Below the pieces are notes generated by a model. That model saw only the letters and a program-made list of their open reading frames with translations. It had not been told where the DNA came from and did not search any database. A stretch of 64,000 nucleotides of DNA from the NCBI GenBank assembly GCA_964343575.1, contig CAYFJV010000001.1, positions 91,402 through 155,401 on the forward strand. Reading direction: 5' to 3'. Numbering within the stretch: position 1 is the stretch's first letter; every line of letters starts with the position of its first letter. Source of the DNA: an uncultured Methanosarcinales archaeon (GTDB lineage Archaea > Nanobdellota > Nanobdellia > Woesearchaeales > GW2011-AR9). This document shows positions 9,553 through 18,689 of this stretch, piece by piece. The position numbers and the translations under genes are program-made.

Positions 9553-10431
9553 ATGGGAAGTATAAGAAGTTACCCTTTCAAAAAAAGTAAACAAAAATGT
9601 TTAAAATGGAACTCTGTTTTTGACAAAAAGCTAATGCTTTATCCAAACAAGAATAGTATTCATAATGAAGTAATAGAAGTTCTTTCAGAAAAGTTCCCTC
9701 TTCGTATTAACGAAATCCATAAAATAATTCAAAAAAAAGGAATAATAATCTCTTACCAGGGAGTTAAGAGAGTAGTTAATGATTTAGAAGAGCAAGGCTA
9801 CTTAACCTGTTCTCAGAAACGATACCTCTTAAACCGTGATTGGCTTTTTCAGGCGTTAAATTCACTTGAAAGAATAAAAAAACATTATTCCTTAAATGAA
9901 GCCAGAGAATATGAGATTATTTCTATTTTTAATAAGGACAATAATTATTCAGTTCATGGAAAAACCCTTACTCTCTTCCTTTCAAATCTGATTCCAATGT
10001 TTAGGCAAGCTTTTGAGAAGCATAACATCTTTTCTAAGAGTGACGAATATGTGAACCAATATCTTTATGATCTTCAAAAACAGTATCAATTAATGGTGTT
10101 TCTTGCAAGTGGGAAAATATCTGGTGCTGTTTTTGTTCTTAAGGAAAATGAAACTTCAAGTGAGAGTTTTATTCATTGGAAACTTAGACACTTTGTTTGT
10201 CTCCCTGAACTTCCTGAAGGAGGGAGGATTGCATTTCTTAATATGGTGAAAGGCAGGATTGCAGAGAATGATAAGCTGAATAAAATTCGTTATAATTTAG
10301 CAGAGAATGAAGGACCTTGGATAAAAGTCTTCAAGAGAGCAGGATTTAGTGAAGAAGCAGTGCTTCCAGATAAGTATAGGCTTGGAGAGAATGTTTTTGT
10401 TTATTCTATCTATATTGGTAGTAAGCAATAA
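9553..10431 (+). CDS. winged-HTH domain fused to a GNAT-like acetyltransferase domain
   Basis: 292 aa. wHTH-like segment LRINEIHKIIQKKGIIISYQGVKRVVNDLEEQGYL. The C-terminal half (WKLRHFVCLPE...RYNLAENEGPWIKVFKRAGFSEEAVLPDKYRLGENVFVYS) parallels the downstream GNAT protein. Confidence 0.5.
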   Translation: MGSIRSYPFKKSKQKCLKWNSVFDKKLMLYPNKNSIHNEVIEVLSEKFPLRINEIHKIIQKKGIIISYQGVKRVVNDLEEQGYLTCSQKRYLLNRDWLFQALNSLERIKKHYSLNEAREYEIISIFNKDNNYSVHGKTLTLFLSNLIPMFRQAFEKHNIFSKSDEYVNQYLYDLQKQYQLMVFLASGKISGAVFVLKENETSSESFIHWKLRHFVCLPELPEGGRIAFLNMVKGRIAENDKLNKIRYNLAENEGPWIKVFKRAGFSEEAVLPDKYRLGENVFVYSIYIGSKQ

Positions 10432-10462
10432 TTTTATTAATCCGAAAACCTTCCGGTTTTCT

Positions 10463-10927
10463 ATGGTCAGAGAAGTTAAAGAACAGGATTTTGAAGCCCT
10501 GGTGAAACTTGGAAGAGAGTTCTTTCCAACCCACAATAAGTTTCAACTTCCTGAAGAACAAGTTGTTGCTTATCTTAAAGAACAGGCAGCTAAACATACC
10601 CTTCTTGTTGCTGAAGATGAGGGAAAGATTCAAGGTTTTCTGGTTTTAGTTTGCAAAGGCCAAAACATTGATGCTTCTCATAAGATCTGGAAGTTTCGTC
10701 ACTTTGTGTTTGTTTCTGAAGATGTTGGAAAGGGACTTCTTAGTTTTGCTGAAGAAGAGTTACAAAAAGGATCGGCTACTTCTAAAGTTGAGCTAAGTCT
10801 TGCTGAAGGTGAGAAAGGAATTGATTTCTACAGGGCCCAGGGCTACGAGCAAGAAGGTGCTCTAAAAAATCATTATCGTTGGGGAGAAACCTGTTATGTT
10901 CTCTCTAAATCTTTTCCCAAAACGTAA
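10463..10927 (+). CDS. GNAT-family N-acetyltransferase
   Basis: MVREVKEQDFEALVKL..., WKFRHFVFVSEDVGKGLL...IDFYRAQGYEQEGALKNHYRWGETCYVLSK resembles a GNAT core. ATG at 10463 is chosen because the longer track ORF (10349) overlaps the upstream gene and its extra residues are hydrophobic noise. Confidence 0.7.
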   Translation: MVREVKEQDFEALVKLGREFFPTHNKFQLPEEQVVAYLKEQAAKHTLLVAEDEGKIQGFLVLVCKGQNIDASHKIWKFRHFVFVSEDVGKGLLSFAEEELQKGSATSKVELSLAEGEKGIDFYRAQGYEQEGALKNHYRWGETCYVLSKSFPKT

Positions 10928-11117
10928 GCTTTTTAAACTCTCAATTTAGCCTTTCGCCATAAAGGAGTTTTGATGCTCAAAAGCTCTTTTGATTTGTTCC
11001 AATTCCTTCTATATCTGTGTCCAAATATATTCATTATATTGGGTATATTCACAAACTATTAATATTTCTAAGTATAAACGACTAGTAAGTGGTGAAAATT
11101 CCACTTAAAGGGGTGTT

Positions 11118-11855
11118 GTGTCGAAAATGGTAAGCTTAGAAGATATTGCTAATTCCGTTAAGAGGGCACCTGCTTTTGCTAGGACCCTTGCTTTTGTTCC
11201 AGCCGTTTATTTGCTTGGTTGTGATGGTAGTTCTGGCCCTGTTGTCGGGACTGGAACTGATTCTGGAGTTGTTGATCAAGAACCAGCTGATGATACTGAT
11301 GCTTGGCCTGATGCTCCAGATAAGCCTTATTTAACGCAGACAGAGTGTACAGATTCTTTTGATTTTGGTCAAGGAGTGACTGCGGTCTCTCAAGATACCC
11401 CTAGTGTTGCGTTTAGTAGTTATGGTTTGGCAGACCCTTTTGACCATGAGTACCTCCCAAATGCGGGCTCTTATGATGCAGCTGAAGGGATTCTGACTAT
11501 TCATGAAGATGTTAGTCCAACTGATTTTCGTGAGGGAAGGTGGAAGGTTTTTCCTGGCGAAGTGTTGACTCCAGAAAACTTTGAGTATTTTTATAGTACT
11601 TGTGGTGGTGGACTGAGTGCGGGTGAAGCCTTCAATGATGTGTTGGATGCTTATGGGGGAGTAGTTATGGTAGAGGAAGGACGTGACTATCCTCATGTGA
11701 TGATTCCCTCCTCTCAACCATGGGGTGGAGAAGAGAATTGTCTTTTATCTGAGATTAGTGTTTACAGAGAAGATGGCCCTTGTCCCCTCTCTGTCTTCGA
11801 GACGAGTAGAGATAACCCTGATTTTGACCCTGATTATTGGTCTTCTCGATTTTAG
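11118..11855 (+). CDS. acidic secreted lipoprotein-like protein (lipobox LLGC)
   Basis: 245 aa. N-terminal hydrophobic segment ends in LLGCDGSSGP (lipobox-like) and the mature part is acidic. GGGGTG SD-like motif upstream. The start is either GTG 11118 or ATG 11127. Confidence 0.6.
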   Translation: MSKMVSLEDIANSVKRAPAFARTLAFVPAVYLLGCDGSSGPVVGTGTDSGVVDQEPADDTDAWPDAPDKPYLTQTECTDSFDFGQGVTAVSQDTPSVAFSSYGLADPFDHEYLPNAGSYDAAEGILTIHEDVSPTDFREGRWKVFPGEVLTPENFEYFYSTCGGGLSAGEAFNDVLDAYGGVVMVEEGRDYPHVMIPSSQPWGGEENCLLSEISVYREDGPCPLSVFETSRDNPDFDPDYWSSRF

Positions 11856-11909
11856 TTTTTTTTTGCTTCTTGGAAATATTTATATACTCATTTATAATGA
11901 ATTCTTCTG

Positions 11910-14900
11910 ATGAAAAAGGTGGTGGATGGACGTTTTACAGTCGGTACTAGAAAGAAATTTCTCTACGTTACTTTCTTCTTGCTCACTTTGTTTTCTTTAA
12001 TTCTTGCTGGTTGTACAGATCCTGACCCAAGTACCATCAATACCTGTAATAGCGCAAGTAGTACAAGAATTATCGGAACAGATTGGCTCTGTATAAAAGA
12101 TGTTCTGGCAGATCAAGGATCTGGAAAAGTTTGTTTAGTTAAACCAAATGAGAATGAGCTTTCTACTTCTGATTTTACTAAACTGAAGGATGATACAATT
12201 AATCGTTTGATTTCTGATCTTGATATAAGTGGTTCTGGTCCAGAAGGAGATTTCAGAGAAGGAATCGATGATGGACTCACCTACCGCAGTGGTGATTGTT
12301 ATGATTTAGATAGCAACCATGTCTTCGAATCGTTTGAAACACCAGCCTCACAATTTGATTTTCAACAAGCTATCGAAGACACCTTAGATCAACCTTATGT
12401 CCCACTCATGTTCTACTGTGATATGTCACACGAATACAGTCAAAAAGGACTTATCGTGGTACAAGAAGCAAATGATGAAGAAGAAGAACTTGATATTTAT
12501 GTTTGTCACGGTGGTAAATGGAAAGATGCAGATGATCTAATGGATGATGATCTTGATAAAGATGGTGATGGCGCTTCTTTATGGTGGGATTGTAATGATG
12601 CAGATCCGACCAGACATGCAGATATGAGTAAGTATGGCATTGGAGAACCTGCAGCAGAGGTTTGTGGAGATCGTGTTGATAACCAATGTTTGCAGCCTTA
12701 TGAGTATAATGATATCACTTTTGATTGGGATGGTCAATGGAGAGATAGTTGGGAAGATGCTTGTGATAACAACGCATTTGCTTGTGAAAACAATTGCCTT
12801 TGGGAAGGAAACAAGTGTGACTTTTTGGGTGCTTACAACCAGGATTTTGACTATTATGAAGGCGAAGGAACTGCAGGGTATTGTTGTGGAGCAGGGGCAG
12901 TTGATGATTTAGGAAGAACAGTTGGAGACGATGAAATTTGTCTTTCAACAAATGAAGATCTTGTAAGTGTGAACCTTGATGGCTTGGTTACCAGAGATAG
13001 GGTTCTTGATGCAGAACTTGATGATCCTGAAGCAAATCCTGATAACTGTCCAAGTGGAGCAGATTGGTGTTGGGTAAACGCTGGAGAGACAGGTGGTTCA
13101 ATTGAAGATGTGCAGTTCCAAGTGCTTACTGTCAAAGAACTTGGAGAAGATCCTTACGATGTTGTCTCAAACAGTGAAGAGTGGTTCTTTTGCGATGCTA
13201 ACGCCCTTGCTGCTGAAGAAGAAGTTTTGGGTGCCCCAGAGGCTTTGGCACTTCGTGATACTGCTAATCGTTTTTACTGTTCGCAACAAGGAACAAACTA
13301 TGTGTGGGCAGAGTGTATTGAACCAGGACTTGCTTTTAACGATGAGGTCTTGCCTGGAGTTGAGAGTGTTAAATATCGACAGGCAGGAGATGGATTGTAT
13401 GCTCTTGCTGCAGAGGCAGTTGGTGGAGAAGTAGTACTTACTGGCCCAGCTTATGATGCTTATTATGATAAAAGTTACAGCTTTTATGAAGATACTTTTG
13501 ATTTTACCGGATTTGATTATTTAGAATTCTTTGTTACTTTTGATCAGATAGATGCACTTCCTGTTAGTGTTTTGCTTGAAGTCTTTAGTGCTGCAGAAGA
13601 TGCGCAAGAAGAAGTACAGTATTATGATGGCAATGTACTTGGATATGCAGTGAATGCTCCTTTGCTTGAAGTTGGAAGAACAGTGCACATCAAAGTTCCA
13701 ATTGAGGGAGATTGGAAGGATGTTACTCGGGTAAACATTTTTCCAGGACAATCTACTAATGAGATTACTGTGACTAATGTGTATCTCACCAGTGATGATG
13801 CACCACTTCTTTGCTCGGGTGATCAAGACGAATTAGAAAGTTCTTGGATTACCGATATGGATTATTCTAGTGCAAGTAGTGATATTCGAGGAGAAGAAAT
13901 TTGTACAACTCATTTTGGCCCGGATGCTTGGCTTGGTCGATCTGACTTTACTTACGCTGAAGTAGAAAGCTCTAGTGCAAGTTGTTGTGGGAATCAAGCT
14001 GGAGAATATTATGCTGGGAGTACAGCAGATGGTGGTTTGAGCGCTTGTTGGAATGGAGATGTGGTGCAAGAAAATGAAACTTTCATGAACGTTGCTTATG
14101 AAGTGAGCTACTATCTTGAAGATAAAGAATTTGATGCAAGTTCTGAGAAGCTCTTTACTATGGGTGCTGTTGATGATTTACATTTGTTGGTTCCTGGAAG
14201 AAAATTGAGTCTTTCGGAGACTCACGATATGCTTGTAGGTTTGGATGGAATAGAAGATGGAGAAGTTCCTGAGGGACTTGTCGCCTTTGCAAGTGCAGAT
14301 GATCCCGACTTTAGTGTGGTGTATGATGCTATTGAAGAAGGAGATCTTGTTGAAGGAGATATTATTATTTTCAATGAAGCGCTAGTTGGTGGTGGTTGGT
14401 CAGAATTTATCGAGACTTATGTCTCTCTTCCTTGGCCAATTGCCTATGACGCTTACGAAATCACTGCTTTAGAAGAGCCCCTTAATGGATTTTACACTGT
14501 AAGTTATGAAGAGTCTCCCCAAATTGTGGAAAGTTTTGATTTGGACCTTCGTGAACTTTATGATATTGGGGTTGATCTAGTACAGTTTGATTTACCTTAC
14601 AGCAGCGAGGGACTTACTCCTTGGATTGATGTCTACTTCTTTGTTCCTGAGATCCAAAAGCGTTACGGAGATCTCTTTGTAGCAAGTCCTGGTGCTGAAT
14701 TACCTACCATTCTTACTTTGCAGATAGTTGCTGAGACTAATGATCTTACAATCACGGAGAATCCCGATCGTCAGGAAGTTGATGGTTTTGTTTATCCTTG
14801 TACTCAAGAAGAGTGTCTTTTTGGTCTTCCTGGCTCACCAACTTATGAAATAACTAACAGTCATCCTGCTCTCTATGATCTTTATTTTGTTCCTGCTTCA

Positions 14901-17000
14901 GATCCAGATAATCCTGTTCTGATCACTGCAGCTGCACAACCTTTCACCGAGGAAGGAAATTTGCTTGTCAAAAGTTTATCTCAACAAGTAACTCTCTTGG
15001 GGGAGAGTTTCTATGGTTGTCAAGCGGCAGATTTCATTGCTACAACACAGTTTGGTGGTTTAGATGTCTTGACAGAGAATGCTCTTTCTTGTTCAGTGTA
15101 TGGAAATTCTTTCTGTGCTTACCAAGATAATGGACTTATTAATAGTTGGAGTCAAGAAGACATTAGTGCTTATGGTTATGAAGTAGATGGTTTGAGTGAT
15201 GAATTTGTCTCTAGTGATGATTTGGACCTGCACCAATGTGATCCTGCCTATGATACTTGTGATGCAGAAGATAGAAACCAATCAAGTCATGCTGTACCTG
15301 GTCGTAATTTTATTAGTAACGCCGATTTTAGTGCGCTTGATGGAGAAGATGTCTTGCACTGGGCTCACTTTGATCTCACCGGCGTGGTTTCAATCGATCG
15401 TGAAGAAGACTTTGTTATCGATGGAATCTATTCTCTTGCGGCAAGAGAAACACTTGTTTCTGAGCGTATTGTGTTGTTTGCTGAAGAAGAATACCAATTA
15501 AGTTATACTGGGGTTTGCGAAGTAAGTGCTACAGTTTATGATAAAAATGGTGCCGTATTGTTAGCTAAAATTGGTCCTGGACCGATTCCTTTTACCTCTA
15601 CCGAGATGCTTGATGCTTCTTATATGATCATTGAGTTTGATGGTGGTCAGTTGGGTTGTGAGCTCAGCGAACCTTATTTGCAATTAGTTGATCCTGTCTT
15701 TGGAGCTAACTTGTATAATTATGACTCAGAATTTCCTTTAGGGGCTGGGGCTGCTTGCTGTCCAAGTGATATGTGTTGGAATGGACAGTACTGTGTGCAA
15801 GATATGGGTTATACTACCTTTTTGAGCGAGAATGTGCATAATGATACTTATCGTTGTGTTGCAGGGGATTGGGAGTATGTTGATCCAAAATGGGATTGGA
15901 ACGGAGAGGACTTTGGTTACTGTGATGAGCAAACTCAGTGTTTTGTTACCAGTTCTCTCACTACTGGTGCAAGTGGTGATTACTTAGCAAGTGATTTTTA
16001 TGATGGGAATTATCCAACCTGTATTAATGATGGAGAGTACATCTTAGATCATTACCGTCGTGAAGGAAATTGGAGCTCACGAACCCAGTTCTTAGCTGAA
16101 GGTTTGCTTAATGTGGGAGATTCTATTGAGGACTTTGCTTTGTACTGTACTGATTACAGAACAAACCTTAACGACCATGATCTCTGGGCTAGTTATCTTT
16201 CTGGTGTTGAAACCGCTCCTGATTTTGCTGGAGTTGGCTTGGGTGATGCTTTACTTGATGTAGAACCAGAAGAGAGTAATGTTTGTTTCTCAGCGATTTA
16301 TAATCATGATGCTGGGGAGCGCTTGGTCCCGGTAGAAGATAATACTTGTATTAACAATGTTTGTGTACTTAAGTTCGGAGATAGTGAAGAATCTAAGGTT
16401 GCACTTGCGGCAAGTATGAACCTTGAAATAAGTGATCCGAATTCCTTTTTGATTCCACTTGGTTTAGGTGATTATAGTGATTTAGCAGTTGCTTGTCCTG
16501 ATGCAGTTGGCTCAGAAACTTTTGTAGAGTGTGATCCTACTTTTTGGTATGCTGAAGAGATTAACTCTTTGATTTATGCTAAAGATGGAGTTACTTTGAC
16601 AACTGGTGTTTTTGATCTGCTTGAAGATCTTTGGCAGTGGTTCATTGGACTTTTTGGTGCTGGCGAGTTTGATGCCATTGAGTTTTTAGAGGATACTAAT
16701 GATTTTAACAAATTGTATTTACTTGACGTCAATGGGGATTCTGTGAAAGTAGTTCAAGAACTTGGAGAAGGAGGCGATCCTGTGATCTTAGCTGAGTTTG
16801 AAGGACTTGATTCTCCGGTTTGTGATTATGTCTTGAATGCTGAGTATGATAAAGTGTATCGTGATCAGTGGCCAGCGTCCCCTGAGCAGCTTGTTGACTG
16901 TAGTTATAATGAAACAGAAGATGTTTATTATGTAAGTACTCAGCACGAGACAGGATATTGGTGGGAGCAATTAGTTGGTGAGCTGAGGATTTTTGGGTGA
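11910..17000 (+). CDS. giant (1696 aa) acidic Cys-rich surface protein with lipobox-type N-terminus
   Basis: A single uninterrupted 5.1-kb ORF. The N-terminal anchor FFLLTLFSLILAGCTDPDP is lipobox-like. DKDGDGASLWWDCNDADPTRHAD...CGDRVDNQC resembles the Asp/Cys putative metal-binding repeat. There are dozens of Cys and very high D/E content. Confidence 0.8.
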   Translation: MKKVVDGRFTVGTRKKFLYVTFFLLTLFSLILAGCTDPDPSTINTCNSASSTRIIGTDWLCIKDVLADQGSGKVCLVKPNENELSTSDFTKLKDDTINRLISDLDISGSGPEGDFREGIDDGLTYRSGDCYDLDSNHVFESFETPASQFDFQQAIEDTLDQPYVPLMFYCDMSHEYSQKGLIVVQEANDEEEELDIYVCHGGKWKDADDLMDDDLDKDGDGASLWWDCNDADPTRHADMSKYGIGEPAAEVCGDRVDNQCLQPYEYNDITFDWDGQWRDSWEDACDNNAFACENNCLWEGNKCDFLGAYNQDFDYYEGEGTAGYCCGAGAVDDLGRTVGDDEICLSTNEDLVSVNLDGLVTRDRVLDAELDDPEANPDNCPSGADWCWVNAGETGGSIEDVQFQVLTVKELGEDPYDVVSNSEEWFFCDANALAAEEEVLGAPEALALRDTANRFYCSQQGTNYVWAECIEPGLAFNDEVLPGVESVKYRQAGDGLYALAAEAVGGEVVLTGPAYDAYYDKSYSFYEDTFDFTGFDYLEFFVTFDQIDALPVSVLLEVFSAAEDAQEEVQYYDGNVLGYAVNAPLLEVGRTVHIKVPIEGDWKDVTRVNIFPGQSTNEITVTNVYLTSDDAPLLCSGDQDELESSWITDMDYSSASSDIRGEEICTTHFGPDAWLGRSDFTYAEVESSSASCCGNQAGEYYAGSTADGGLSACWNGDVVQENETFMNVAYEVSYYLEDKEFDASSEKLFTMGAVDDLHLLVPGRKLSLSETHDMLVGLDGIEDGEVPEGLVAFASADDPDFSVVYDAIEEGDLVEGDIIIFNEALVGGGWSEFIETYVSLPWPIAYDAYEITALEEPLNGFYTVSYEESPQIVESFDLDLRELYDIGVDLVQFDLPYSSEGLTPWIDVYFFVPEIQKRYGDLFVASPGAELPTILTLQIVAETNDLTITENPDRQEVDGFVYPCTQEECLFGLPGSPTYEITNSHPALYDLYFVPASDPDNPVLITAAAQPFTEEGNLLVKSLSQQVTLLGESFYGCQAADFIATTQFGGLDVLTENALSCSVYGNSFCAYQDNGLINSWSQEDISAYGYEVDGLSDEFVSSDDLDLHQCDPAYDTCDAEDRNQSSHAVPGRNFISNADFSALDGEDVLHWAHFDLTGVVSIDREEDFVIDGIYSLAARETLVSERIVLFAEEEYQLSYTGVCEVSATVYDKNGAVLLAKIGPGPIPFTSTEMLDASYMIIEFDGGQLGCELSEPYLQLVDPVFGANLYNYDSEFPLGAGAACCPSDMCWNGQYCVQDMGYTTFLSENVHNDTYRCVAGDWEYVDPKWDWNGEDFGYCDEQTQCFVTSSLTTGASGDYLASDFYDGNYPTCINDGEYILDHYRREGNWSSRTQFLAEGLLNVGDSIEDFALYCTDYRTNLNDHDLWASYLSGVETAPDFAGVGLGDALLDVEPEESNVCFSAIYNHDAGERLVPVEDNTCINNVCVLKFGDSEESKVALAASMNLEISDPNSFLIPLGLGDYSDLAVACPDAVGSETFVECDPTFWYAEEINSLIYAKDGVTLTTGVFDLLEDLWQWFIGLFGAGEFDAIEFLEDTNDFNKLYLLDVNGDSVKVVQELGEGGDPVILAEFEGLDSPVCDYVLNAEYDKVYRDQWPASPEQLVDCSYNETEDVYYVSTQHETGYWWEQLVGELRIFG

Positions 17001-17018
17001 GGTTTTTTTCATATTCTT

Positions 17019-17513
17019 TTATGTTTTTATCTTGTGGTATATTCCTTCAATTATTTCCTCTTTTGGTTTTCTGCTATCGATTACTTTTCCAATTTCCCAT
17101 TGGGAATTTTGTTGCCAGATATTGCGGACTCTTTGGTCAGGAAGTTTTCTTATCCCTTCCCTTTCTCTGTTCCTTTCAAGACAAAGGTCGAGCGGAGCTT
17201 TTAATGTAATTGTGCACAAATTACCAGGGAGTTTTGTTCTTACTCTTTCATAGACTGGTCTTGAGAATACTCCATCAATGATTCCAAAGTAAGTTCTTGC
17301 CCTTTGTCTTTCGATCATTTCACACATAAAATCACTTGCTTCTAGCATTGTCTCCCTGTTGAAGCAAGAAGCAAAGTAACTTAAGTAGATTCTATCAAAA
17401 CTAAAATAAGAAGTAAGGTTCCTCTCTCTTCGTAATCTTCTGAAAATTTCTAATGAGATTGTAGTTTTCCCACTCCCTGCTGGCCCACGAATGAGGAGGT
17501 AGTCGTATCTCAT
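17019..17513 (-). CDS. P-loop NTPase/kinase-like protein (AAA_33 / zeta-toxin-like fold, tentative)
   Basis: 164 aa. Walker A LLIRGPAGSGKTT at the N-terminus and a Walker-B-like FGIIDG. The start overlaps the stop of the upstream gene by 4 nt. Confidence 0.55.
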   Translation of the reverse strand: MRYDYLLIRGPAGSGKTTISLEIFRRLRRERNLTSYFSFDRIYLSYFASCFNRETMLEASDFMCEMIERQRARTYFGIIDGVFSRPVYERVRTKLPGNLCTITLKAPLDLCLERNREREGIRKLPDQRVRNIWQQNSQWEIGKVIDSRKPKEEIIEGIYHKIKT

Positions 17514-18088
17514 CTCAATTGTTCCAAAATGTTGTTGTGGCCAACTTTTTCTACAATATTCATTGCTTTATAGTAACTTTCTCTCCTCATAGCCATCTTT
17601 TTCTCTTCTTGGAACAGTTCTTCTGGAAGGCATTCTTTCATAAGTGCATAGACAATGACATGGTTTTTTACGATTGGTTTTAATTTGGAGAACTTTGCAA
17701 TCCTCTTTTTTGATTGATGAGACACAAGGTGTGCAAGTTCATGACAGAAAAGAGTAAGGATTCTCTCCTTGGCCATTGCTTCGAAACCGTTCTCTTTCTT
17801 TTTCTCTAGTGAGATTGTTGGTGGATCTGAGAATGCAGCAAATGTTCCAGAAACATGAAAATTTGGAAGGAGGTAGAAAGTGACTTGGGGAATTTCCCTT
17901 AGGTTGAGAGCTCTGCAGTATTTTTCTAGAATTTCAGAAAGAAAATCAAAGAAGGAAATTTCTTTTATGAAGTCTTGGGTCTTCTTTTTGCGCTTATGGA
18001 AATATTCTGCGTCCTTTTCTAGTCCAGCGATCAGAGCCAACTGTCTATCATAAATTCCAGAGTATACTACAGAGATCTTGTTTACCAT
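17510..18088 (-). CDS. putative zinc metalloprotease (HExxH)
   Basis: 192 aa with a single FCHELAHLVSH (HExxH) motif. It lies between the two flanking genes, with a 4-nt gap on one side and a 4-nt overlap on the other. The family was not recognised. Confidence 0.45.
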   Translation of the reverse strand: MVNKISVVYSGIYDRQLALIAGLEKDAEYFHKRKKKTQDFIKEISFFDFLSEILEKYCRALNLREIPQVTFYLLPNFHVSGTFAAFSDPPTISLEKKKENGFEAMAKERILTLFCHELAHLVSHQSKKRIAKFSKLKPIVKNHVIVYALMKECLPEELFQEEKKMAMRRESYYKAMNIVEKVGHNNILEQLR

Positions 18089-18092
18089 TTAT

Positions 18093-18575
18093 TTAACCAG
18101 AACAGCCTCCTCCACACCTTGTTGCACAAGAAGCACAGCGTGAACAGTTTGCTTCTTGGTCCCAGATTTCATTGAATTCTCCAAAGCTTTCTTGGTATGC
18201 TTTTGCAAAGCGTTCTTTTGCAAGTTCATCTACAGGTTCTTCTCTTGTTGCGGGTTTGTGATCTAGATAGCTTCCAAGATGTTCTGAGCAGAAGTCCCTA
18301 TATTCTCTTGTGAAAAGAATGAACTGGTGCCAAACCTCATCAACTTCTCTACTAGTCATAGCAATTGGTGCGTCAGCCTCACTTGCAAGATATGCAAACT
18401 TTTTCCACTCCCCAAACGCAGTTCCATACCTTTTAGGGTCTGTGATGGTTCCTTCTCTCATTTTATCCTCTAGGAATGGGGCCTCATAGGTTTTAATTCT
18501 TTGCCATTTCGGATTGCTTGGTTCTCTTGTTTGTGTGCTGTAGCTATTTGCTATCCTTTCTAATGTTGCACTCAT
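18093..18575 (-). CDS. GRDP/DUF1399-like protein with Cys/Gly-rich C-terminal tail (tentative)
   Basis: 160 aa. VDEVWHQFILFTREYRDFCSEHLGSYLDHKP resembles the W-H-x-x-x-L-x-T-x-x-Y...C...H-x-P core of glycine-rich-domain proteins. The C-terminus is CSRCASCATRCGGGCSG. A GGAGG SD sits 8-12 nt upstream. Confidence 0.4.
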   Translation of the reverse strand: MSATLERIANSYSTQTREPSNPKWQRIKTYEAPFLEDKMREGTITDPKRYGTAFGEWKKFAYLASEADAPIAMTSREVDEVWHQFILFTREYRDFCSEHLGSYLDHKPATREEPVDELAKERFAKAYQESFGEFNEIWDQEANCSRCASCATRCGGGCSG

Positions 18576-18689
18576 GGTTTTTCCTCCGACACCTCATGTA
18601 AAAATGATGTGGGTGTCTGAAGATTGGTTGCAACTTTCTTTAAACACGCTTGTGGTGATCTTTTCGGAAGGGTTTCGGTTCTTTAGAAT

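Noticed and set aside
10349-10462. N-terminal extension of the second GNAT ORF (track start 10349)
   Set aside because: The extra 38 codons overlap the end of the upstream gene and encode hydrophobic filler. The GNAT homology starts at the ATG at 10463.
1-17000. Extreme acidity of the large proteins as evidence for a salt-in halophile
   Set aside because: Only the secreted or surface proteins are strongly acidic. Cytosolic proteins in the window (kinases, PhoU-like protein, ribosomal proteins, RtcB) have ordinary, often Lys-rich composition. The acidity is therefore a property of the surface proteins, not of the proteome.
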